Assembly (NCBI GenBank): GCA_002269645.1
Contig: NIVC01000805.1
Coordinates: 1-64,000, forward strand
Direction of reading: 5' to 3'
DNA length: 64,000 bases
Origin: Macrostomum lignano
Lineage: Eukaryota
Shown here: piece after piece, positions 30,940-40,800 of the stretch
Layout of the letters: each line of letters opens with the position of its first letter
How positions within the stretch are numbered: position 1 is the first letter of the stretch
Notes under the pieces: model-generated
Told to the model about the DNA's origin: nothing
Seen by the model: the letters and a program-made list of their open reading frames with translations, nothing else
Database searches by the model: none
Translations under genes and position numbers: made by a program

Positions 30940-32544
30940 ATGCCTTCGAATTCATTAATCCGCTGCAGCTCGCATCGCTGCAAAACCAATTCTGTTGAAA
31001 CTAGTCCATTAAGTGGACTACCTGTGTGCCAAATTCACCTGAACATGCACATCCAAACAGTCGACGAGAAGGTCACGCTGTTTCAAAAGCTTCAGTCAGT
31101 GATGGATCTGGATAACATGCATCTGCTGAGAGCCGAGCAGAGTTCGCTGGCTGCCGAACTACGGGAGGTCAACGACGCATTCGATAAATTGCAAGAGCAG
31201 GTGGAGCAGTGGCGGAAGCGAACGATAACTCGGCTGCAGGTGGCGCACGATTCTGTTGCGGAGAGAACAAGAGACGCAGCTGAGGCGGAAGAATTCTCCA
31301 AGGAATTGTCGAATGCCAGAGACTGGAAGAAAGTGATGGAGCTTACTTCTTCGTTGCTAACGCGCGTTGGTGAAGCGTTTGAACGTACCGAAAAGTTTAA
31401 TCAAGCTCGGACTGATCTTTTCAGCCGTCAAAGCAAACAACAAAGCGTCAGCGATACTGCCAGTATGTTCAGTTCCAGGTCAGTAGGGGACGTATCGTCT
31501 GGTGTGCGCAATCTGCAGTTTCTTCTTGGCAGGCACATGGCTGAGTTGATGCGACAGTGCTGGCTTGACGTTGATAATTTAGAGTCGGCTGATTCAGATC
31601 AATCGGGTCAGATTTGTCAATCTGGTACTACTATCTATGGACTTATTGGGCGGCCAAAGTGCCTAACAGTTTGTACTAATACTGCAGGATTCGTGGGCGA
31701 CTCGTCAAACTGCGTGGCTCGAGCTGGATCAGCTGATTCTGATTGCGTCCCGCTGCCGGAGCCCTGCATCTTTGTCGGTTGTCATGCTCACCGCAAGTTG
31801 TTGGACGGAAGTTTAGAAGTAGATCATATTATTGCCACGTCGCTTGATGGTTCTTTAAGACTGCAGTGTTACATTCAATGCGATTTTGACTGGGAGCTCG
31901 GTATTCATGACCTACACTGCGACAGCCAAAAACAGCTTTTGTACGTTGTCCAGTCTCAGCTAATTACGGTTGTTGATTTTAGTGGTGTAGTGCAACAAAT
32001 TATCGATGTAGAGATGTTTGGTAACATCGAGTTCTGCATCCTTGACGGCAACGCTGATGAGTTGATTACGAATTCTGACTCGTTAACATTTTTGACAATA
32101 TCGAAGAATGATGTAGTATCGAAGCGCCACATCGAATCTTCCTCGTTGCGTTGTACACATTTGGGATCATTTGCTGTCGATGGTAAAAAAATTCACGTCA
32201 TTTATTACGTCGATAATAGGATCTATGCTGTGTGCAGCATTAGCGGCCAGTTGCTAAACGCCTACCCCTCTGCTAAGTATGACGTACTGGAACACTGGAT
32301 GCCGTACAATATAGCTGTAGACAGCAGAGGCCTAAAATTTATTAGCTGCAAGAATCACGTTGTATGCGTCCTAGACTGTTTCGGGACCGTTTTGCAGACG
32401 CTAGGAACTGTAAACCAAGCTGGAGATTGCGAGGAAACCTTCAATATGCCCGACGCACTTCGCTTGATCGAAATGCCTGGTCGCAGATGGCTAGTTGTTT
32501 GTGACGAAAATAATCGACGCCTGCGAGTTTTTAGCGTTGCTTAG
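30940..32544 (+). CDS. TRIM/NHL-like paralog 2, 534 aa
   Basis: Same architecture; FNMPDAL...LVVCDENNRRLRVF. Confidence 0.85.
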   Translation: MPSNSLIRCSSHRCKTNSVETSPLSGLPVCQIHLNMHIQTVDEKVTLFQKLQSVMDLDNMHLLRAEQSSLAAELREVNDAFDKLQEQVEQWRKRTITRLQVAHDSVAERTRDAAEAEEFSKELSNARDWKKVMELTSSLLTRVGEAFERTEKFNQARTDLFSRQSKQQSVSDTASMFSSRSVGDVSSGVRNLQFLLGRHMAELMRQCWLDVDNLESADSDQSGQICQSGTTIYGLIGRPKCLTVCTNTAGFVGDSSNCVARAGSADSDCVPLPEPCIFVGCHAHRKLLDGSLEVDHIIATSLDGSLRLQCYIQCDFDWELGIHDLHCDSQKQLLYVVQSQLITVVDFSGVVQQIIDVEMFGNIEFCILDGNADELITNSDSLTFLTISKNDVVSKRHIESSSLRCTHLGSFAVDGKKIHVIYYVDNRIYAVCSISGQLLNAYPSAKYDVLEHWMPYNIAVDSRGLKFISCKNHVVCVLDCFGTVLQTLGTVNQAGDCEETFNMPDALRLIEMPGRRWLVVCDENNRRLRVFSVA

Positions 32545-34198
32545 ATACTTGAACTGTTTGCAGTTGAGACTTTCTTCGAATTTCATTTGCTAAGTACCGC
32601 ATCATTGTCGCTATCCCTTTCATGCAAACATTGCATTTGTTATAGTTTGCTTTTAAATTTGACTTTAACAAACTCAACGAGCTGTCATTTTCTACCAGGA
32701 TGCTTCTGGGTCTTTGAGGTAATCTCAGAACGCATTTTGGGTATTATTTTTGGGCATGCTATGCAAATACACTCAGCAACATTTTAAAGTTTTCACCAGT
32801 TTATTAGGACTGAGAACTGAGAGTGGAAGCCTTAATCCAACTCTAGCCATAACTCTCCACTATCTCCTCAGCAGCCTAAGCTGGGGCCTTGTGACGGGAA
32901 TCGCTTCGCCCAAAGTTAAGACGAGAAAAAGTTTACCACTGATTTCAGGATATAAACTTGACGTGTTGCTCAGTGTCGTTACTTCTATGTCTGGTTGAAA
33001 CTCTTTATTACCCGTTTTTAAGGAGTAAGCAGTCAAAAGGACTCTAACTTTGATATACTTTACTAGATTTTAGCGCTTATAGCTATCTAATTTTCTGTCA
33101 AATAGCTACTCGTGTGTAAAGTTTAAAATAATCTCCTTTAAGGTAGTTACCCTGTTTAAAAACCTTGATAAGCAATAAATGCTATGCAATTTTAACAAAG
33201 TTTAACGAAAGTTTATTCCCTCGTGTATATTATATTTTGCTTTGAATTTTAAAGCAAGTATTGTTTTTTACTTCCATGTAGTTTTTTCTAAAATTTATTC
33301 CTGCTAGCCAGTTTTACCAGCATTTTACTTTGTAACTATTTTTGTGTTACGTTTATTATTATTTCAATCCCTATTTGTTTAGGATTACTTCCTATGTCTT
33401 CAATGACTTTCTTTTGCCTTTTTATATCGAGTTACATTACATGATCACGACGAGAAAGAAAAAAATTAATATATTTTTTATGGTGTCTCTGGATATACGC
33501 TCGTATATAATAGTTTATGGTATAACTGTTTTTACTTTTGCTGTGTGCTAATATATATGTACAAGTAGAAATTCCAGCTGCAATTAAGTTGACCATAGTA
33601 ATTATCTGGTAAAATTTTACGCCTACCTGTTGACTATTGGCGGTTAAGTATTAAGCGTAGTATTTTGTACTTTTTTATCGCGTTCAAACAAAAAGTATCA
33701 CTAAAACAACTTTTTGTTTCAAGTATACTCGCAAAAGTTCTACCTTTTTGTGTAAACTGCAGTCTGTAACAGCTTTTTTTCCTTCGTAAATTAGCATTCA
33801 TTTCAGATAATATTTTTAGATTAGATTTGCTAGAAATCTGGGTTGGGTTACTGAATGAATAAGGAGATAAAATATATTGCATATTCAGTGGAGTTTTAAT
33901 ATTCTGCACGTTTGTTTAAACTTTTTAACGTGTGTCGTTGACGTTCAGCTTCTGAATAGAGTTCAATTACCTAGATTTTCTATCAATTTACTTCCATCTA
34001 TCTAAAACTTCGCATAAAAGTATTAGGTAGTAGTCTTATTTTGTATCTCTAATTATAATGGCCGAAAAAATCAAGTATATATAATTTTAGGCCACTGAAA
34101 TATATCTTCGTAGACTTTGTTATGCTATATTAGAATTACTAGAAAAACAACTCATTTTTTAATCTATTGATGTCCGATTAAAAATCAAAGTTTTAACC

Positions 34199-35848
34199 AT
34201 GTCAGAAGAAGTTCAGAAATCATGCGAGTCTCGTCTCTGTGGAAACCAGTCTTGTGGAACTAGTCCGTACAGCGGACTGCTTCTGTGCCAGACTTACCTG
34301 GACAAAGACATCAAGCTTGTTGGCAATATAAAGACCGAGCTGATGCAGAAGCTTCAATTTGTGATGACTTCCGAGCACAGGTCTCTGCTCAGAGCCGAGC
34401 AGAGTTCACTGGAAGCTGAGCTGCAGGAGGTCAGTGACGCATTTGACGCCCTGCAAGAGCAGGTGCAGCAGTGGCGAGAACGGACGATGTCTCGAGTGCA
34501 GGCGGCACACGACTCGGTTGCTAGCAGACTCAGAGATGCAGCCGAAGCGGAAGACTGTTCGAAGGAAGTGTCGGAGGCCAGTGATGCTGGAGACTGGAAA
34601 AAAGTGATGCAGCTGACGTATTCGTTTCGGATGTGGGCCGAAGAGGCGCAAGAGCGATCGGAAAGCTTTGATCAGAGGCGCTCAGAACTTTTCCTTCGTC
34701 AGAGCTCGGATTATCCCAATGCTTCATCTAACCTGATCAATAAATTCGGCATGCGCTCAGTTGGTGACGTGACGTCAGGTGTGCAGAATCTGCAGTTTGT
34801 CATTGACAGGCATATGTCTGAAGTCGTTAAACACTGTTGGCTTGATATTGAGAATTCAGGCACAACTGACAGACACAAACCGCCTCAGATATGTCGGTCA
34901 GTTGCATCAGTAGAAAATCTTCCTGGAAGGCCCAGCTGTCTTGCAGTTTGCACCAACACTGCCGGATTCGTTGGCGACTCGTCTGGCTGCGTTGCTAAAT
35001 CTGAGTCAGCTGATTCTGGATCTGAGCCACTGCCACAGCCCTGCGTCTTTGTTGGCTTTTATGCCCAAGTGCAAGATGAACAATCCGAGTCTGAAGTGGA
35101 AGTGGAACCTGTTGATTATATTCTTGCTATATCTCTTGATGGAGATCTGAGGTTGAAGTGTCGTTTCAACTTGACTGGCTTTGAATGGCAATCGGATATT
35201 TGGGACTTGCACTGTGACAGTGAGCGGCAACTTCTGTATGTTTCTCAGCCTAGCTGTGTAGCTGTCGTCAATCTTAGTGGTGCGGTGTATGAAGCTATCA
35301 TAGCTGATAGTTTCAATGATCTAGATATTCAATTTGGCTTCATTGACGGTAATCAAGACAAATTGTGCACCTTTCACGACCGAAACCTATTTTCGCTTTC
35401 TAAGAATGATTTGAGTTCTGATGGCATTGTAAGCACTTCCTGCTCTTTTGAACCTAAGTCACCCGACGCTAATGGATTTCTTGTACTAGCTGGAAAAAAT
35501 ATTCACATTTCTCGTGATAGCAATATCAGTATACTGTGCAGAATCAGCTGTCAATTGCTAAGCGTGTATTCCACAATTCGGACTGTTCCTGACCAATTTA
35601 ACCTAAATGGCCTGGCTGTTGACAGCAGGAGTGTGAGGTTCTTTAGTAGTACTGTTTACCATACGGTAACTGTTTTGGATTGTTTTGCTAATGTTCTGCA
35701 GACTCTTGGATCCGTTAGCAAGCCTGGAACTGACGAAGAGTCTTTCAATTCGCCTGGTGCGCTTTGCATTGCAGAGCTGGCAGACAGCAGGCGCCTGATT
35801 GTTTCTGATGAGAATAATCGACGGCTACGAGTGTACGAAGTCCTGTGA
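34199..35848 (+). CDS. TRIM/NHL-like paralog 3, 549 aa
   Basis: Same architecture, with the last Zn ligand His changed to Tyr; FNSPGAL...LIVSDENNRRLRVY. Confidence 0.85.
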   Translation: MSEEVQKSCESRLCGNQSCGTSPYSGLLLCQTYLDKDIKLVGNIKTELMQKLQFVMTSEHRSLLRAEQSSLEAELQEVSDAFDALQEQVQQWRERTMSRVQAAHDSVASRLRDAAEAEDCSKEVSEASDAGDWKKVMQLTYSFRMWAEEAQERSESFDQRRSELFLRQSSDYPNASSNLINKFGMRSVGDVTSGVQNLQFVIDRHMSEVVKHCWLDIENSGTTDRHKPPQICRSVASVENLPGRPSCLAVCTNTAGFVGDSSGCVAKSESADSGSEPLPQPCVFVGFYAQVQDEQSESEVEVEPVDYILAISLDGDLRLKCRFNLTGFEWQSDIWDLHCDSERQLLYVSQPSCVAVVNLSGAVYEAIIADSFNDLDIQFGFIDGNQDKLCTFHDRNLFSLSKNDLSSDGIVSTSCSFEPKSPDANGFLVLAGKNIHISRDSNISILCRISCQLLSVYSTIRTVPDQFNLNGLAVDSRSVRFFSSTVYHTVTVLDCFANVLQTLGSVSKPGTDEESFNSPGALCIAELADSRRLIVSDENNRRLRVYEVL

Positions 35849-36104
35849 AGAATTTCTGAATCTCTCGATGTTTCACGGTCTTTTGTTGCAATTTGTGTAT
35901 AATTTGACACTAGCTAAGAGCCTACTTGTGTTTGTGAAGCAATGATTGTTGGCCGCTGTGGGCGCCCATTAGCATTAAAGTGACAACCTAGCGGTATACT
36001 GTATACATAAAATCGGAAGTGTGGCAATTTAAAATAGCTAACTAACATTCCATAAAGTCTCGAGTAAGATTATAAGGAATGCAAATGCGCGACACTAGTC
36101 CATT

Positions 36105-36345
36105 AATATCCATGCTTTAAGGGCGTTAATGGGAAAATCAGAGGGCGCCTCTGATTTCGCATTAACGCCCGCAAAGCATGGGTATTACTATTATTGTACC
36201 ATAGACATTTGTGTCCTTGGCAAAGTGGGACAGAATAATCGGGCGTTAAATGTCATTAACTGCCCGCTAATTTGCATTAAAGTAAGTTTAAAGCATTAAA
36301 GTCCTGCAAGCGGGCTTAAATGTAGTCTATGGCAAGAATAAGTGC
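36105..36345. repeat. Palindromic element (83-bp hairpin followed by a second inverted pair)
   Basis: atgctttaagggcgttaatg..atcagagg/cctctgat..cattaacgccc..aaagcat. Also ttattgtaccatagacattt paired with aaatgtagtctatggcaagaataa. Confidence 0.6.
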
Positions 36346-37891
36346 CCAGCGGGCACAAAGGTCATTGTACAATACTACTGTCATATGCGTGGAATTTAGT
36401 AGCTTTTAACCATGAATGTTAAACAATTATCGTGAAAAGCATTTGCTTTGGCGTCTAATTTACATAACTTTTTAATTGAAGTTATAAAACTTATATTCTA
36501 CAAAAATTAACGTGTTTAAAAGCACAACTCTGAACATTCCACTTCACCGCGATGTCAATCTGTTTTTTCATTAAAATAACAAACTTTTAATTAATTGCTG
36601 TGCCCTTATACGGGTAGTTTTTCTACATGATGATAGTAACATTACTAGCTTATTCTAAACTTCCGTACGCGTATGAGGCTTAAGCTACAAGATTCAACTT
36701 AATTTTTGGAGTTGGGCACTGCATGTGTGTAACTATATAGCCAATTATTGTTTTATTTTTTTAGAAGCTAACCACATTATTCTTTCAAATTTTTGCTTCG
36801 TTCAAAATAATTATCTGCGTTCGCTATTTTAATTATTATTAAATAAAATATATTTAAATGACTAAATCCGTGTTAATTTCCTAGCTATCTATTTGCTGAC
36901 ACCAAATAACTATATCCAAGTTGACAACTGGACTTTATCGATCATAGTGTTAATTATCTGGCCTCTAAGGGTCAAATCCGTGTTAAAGTGTCGTTACGAG
37001 CTAAACTTTAGGTCCAACCCCGAGGCACACTGGCACAATGAAGTGTACATATCTAACAGTTGGAAATCCAGAGCCGCTGTGCATCCTGTGTGAGCATGTG
37101 TATGTCATGAGTGCGTGCCTTCGCAAAGTACTGGCGCGCTTTGTATGTGTTCACCCTGTAATTGGACACCCTGACTCTTACTCCGACGAGTAAGACTGAC
37201 TCTCGTATTGCTTTGGCAATTTTCGGCAAAAACCAAAACTATTTGCACAATTGGAATGATCTTTCTTAATTCTTTCTCAAGCTCTCATATTTTAGAGGAG
37301 TTTGTTGAGTATGGCTTTAAATACTCGTATCTGGGCGACTGGCTGTAGTTCAGAATTCTCAATTTTTGTACATAAGAAGAAAAAGCCCTTAGTAGCGTAT
37401 TTCCAAAGAGTATTCAAATCAGAGTCTTAGGGATTTTTTCTGATAAAAATTGCAAGATCGACTCTTCCAAAGCCCCCTTTTCAAACTAACTTAATTGGTC
37501 AATTGGTTTCTGACTTTGACCCTAGCTTTACAGTAAGTTTTGTACGATCTCTATTAAAGAGCCACTAATGGAAATTTCCAGACTACTTGAAGTAAACAGC
37601 CTGTTTGACCTTGCGTCCAAGTCTGGTTGACTATTTTTGCGCATAAAGTGGTTTGTAAAGATTTTTAAAGATATAAAGATTTCGTTGGTCTTTGGAGGCA
37701 GATCAAAGCTCGTAAAATGATGGCTTAGCAATTTGCAGGCTATAGGGTCATAGAACAAAACTTTCTCTTCATTTCAGTTTAGCCTAAAATTTATGTGAAC
37801 CTGTGTTCATAAACATTTTCATATGCTATTTAACAAGTTAGGTTTGAAAGCAAAATTTCAAAGCTGTGCATGTAGATGTAGCAAATTCAAA

Positions 37892-40800
37892 ATGAACGAC
37901 CGTTTGATTTTATTATTCGCTGTCTTAATCGCCGGATGTCTGGTCTGGCCTAGCGGCACTGCTCAGCTACATTTGACACCAACTCAGAGGCCGAATTTTA
38001 TAATCATCTTGACAGATGATCAAGACAGCTTGTTGGGTGAGTGAAGAAAGACGGAATTCATTATTTGAGAATTCAGTAGGTTCACCTAGCCCTGAGAATC
38101 TCCCCCGATAATCTTAACTACCCTTGAGAATCTCCCCCGATAATCTCGCCTACCCCTGAGAATCTCTCCCCCAATAATCTCACCTACCCATGAGAATCTC
38201 CCCCGATAATCTACCCCTGAGAATCTCCTCCGATAACCTCGCCTACCCCTGAGAATCTCTCCCCCAATAATCTCACCTACCCATGAGAATCTCCCCCGAT
38301 AATCTACCCCTGAGAATCTCCTCCGATAACCTCGCCTACCCCTGAGAATCTCTCCCCCGATAATCTCACCTACCCATGAGAATCTCCTCGCCTGATAATC
38401 TACCCCTGAGAATCTCCCCTGATAATCTCATCTACCCCTGAGAATCTCTCCCCTGATAATCTCATCTACCCCTGAGAATCTCTCCCCCGATTATCTCACC
38501 TACCCCTGAGAATCTCCCCCGATAATCTACCCCTGAGAATCTCCTCCGATAACCTCGCCTACCCCTGAGAATCTCCCCCGATAATCTCACCTACCCATGA
38601 GAATCTCCTCGCCCGATAATCTACCCCTGAGAATCTCTCCCCCGATAATCTCATCTACCCCTGAGAATCTCCCCCGATAATCTCATCTACCCCTGAGAAT
38701 CTCCCCCGATAATCTCATCTACCCCTGAGAATCTCCCCCGATAATCTCATCTACCCCTGAGAATCTCCCCCGATAATCTCACCTACACGGACTACTTAAT
38801 TGTAATCCGTGCTCACCTACCCCTGAGAATCTCTCCTCCAATAATCTCACCTGGGAATCTCCCCTGATAATCTCTCCCCCAATAATGTAACCTATCGCTG
38901 AGAATCCCTCTTGATTATCTCATCTACCCCCGAGAATCTTCCCCGTTTATCTCACCTACCCCTGAGAATCTCTCCCCCGATTATCACACCTACATTTGAA
39001 AGTCTCGGCCCCTGATCTCACTTGCCACTGAGAATTGCCGCAATCTTAAGAGCTTTGATAGTATCATTGGCAGTACAGAATGTATAAGGACATTTAGTGT
39101 CAGTTATAATATAGAAAACTTTCCAATGTCGCTAATATACTTTAAGGAGAATCAAATAATTGGGTCTTGACGAGTTTAGATTTGTTAAACTTTAACAGGC
39201 AGCCTCGAGGTGATGCCCCATCTGAAGCGACACCTCACCGACAGAGGTGTCAACATGCAGCGAGCATTCGTCACCACTCCAGTGTGCTGTCCATCCCGAT
39301 CCTCCATGCTCACTGGCCAGTACGTGCACAACCATCGCGTGTTCACCAACAATGAGAACTGCACCTCGGCGACTTGGCGTCGACAGCACGAACCCGTGAC
39401 CTTTGGCAAACAGTTAAATGACGCCGGTTATCGAACTGCGTATATTGGAAAATACCTGAACAAGTGCGTTCAATATTAACAGCTGAAGGTTTGTAGGCAC
39501 CCTGGCGCAACGCCTTTTGCCTATTCTGCTGAATCCTGAGCACATTTAAGTGTCCCCAATACTGTACGCGGGCACACACGCGGGCACACAATGAATGTGG
39601 CGCGAGAGTCAGCACCCAACAAGTTCGTTTTGATTTTTAGCCATTTGTGTACTGTCTGAATGTGTTTAATGAAACACGCAATTGCTTCTACTTTTAGTAG
39701 TTAAAAACATATTTGCTAGAATTTTAATATAATATTATTTAAAACATCCATCCTCCATTTTGGCGATTCTTAACTTAACCAGAGGTAAGAAACTTGGTCT
39801 GACTTTTTGCCTCGACAATCTTTGGTTTGAGAATTTCATTCTTGAAAATCTGATAATTTTCTTTTGTCGTTGAGTATCTGAATTATCTCAGAATTTCAAG
39901 ATGATACATTTCACCTCGGATAATCTCAAACATCTATCATGATAACTCTCATAGAGATTTCACTCCTAATTATCTCATTCGGGAATACTGCCGTGGTCTG
40001 CAGGAATTTCATCCTTGCCAATCTAAGAATCTCACCTCAGCGGCGATTTTAACCCTTAGAATCTCGTCTTGTGAATCTCAACCCTGAGAATCTCAACCCT
40101 GAGAATCTCAACCGTGAGAATTTCACTATGATAATCTTTAACCCTAACGAATCTCACAGCAGAGATTTGCATATTTTTCGCTTATTACATGTAGCTGTTT
40201 CAGCACCTGAGCATCGCCCAAATCCCGCGCAGATACGACGGCACCTACGTACCACCTGGCTGGGACCGCTGGCTCGGCCAGGTGAAAAACACCAAATTCT
40301 ACAACTACTCGGTTAACGAAGACGGCCAATTGAGTTGGCACGGCGCTAACTATTCGCGAGACTACTTCACCGACATCGTCACTAATCGATCGCTGGACAT
40401 CCTGCGCGAATGGACGTCCGGCGGTGACGAAGCCGGAGATCAACAAGCTCCGTTCCTCCTGGTGATGAGCTACCCAGCGCCTCACGGGCCAGAGGATGCG
40501 GCACCGCAGCATCAGTCTTTGTTCGCAAACGATCACCGGCACAAGACCGCCAGTTACAACCGAGCTCCCAGCCCGGACAAAGAGTGGCTGCTGAGGCGAG
40601 CGCAACCTCTGACACCGTTGCACCAACGTTTCACAGACACGCTTCAGCGAAAGCGTCTGCAAACTCTGCAGAGCGTCGACGAAGGCCTCCGACGCCTGTC
40701 GGATTGGCTCGACTCGGAAAGTTCGTCGGAAATTTCTAACAACACGTTCGTGTTTTACACCTCGGATCACGGCTACCACCTGGGCCAGTTCGGCCTGCTC

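Noticed and set aside
40144-40779. Minus-strand 211-aa ORF
   Set aside because: Antisense shadow of SULF exon 3.
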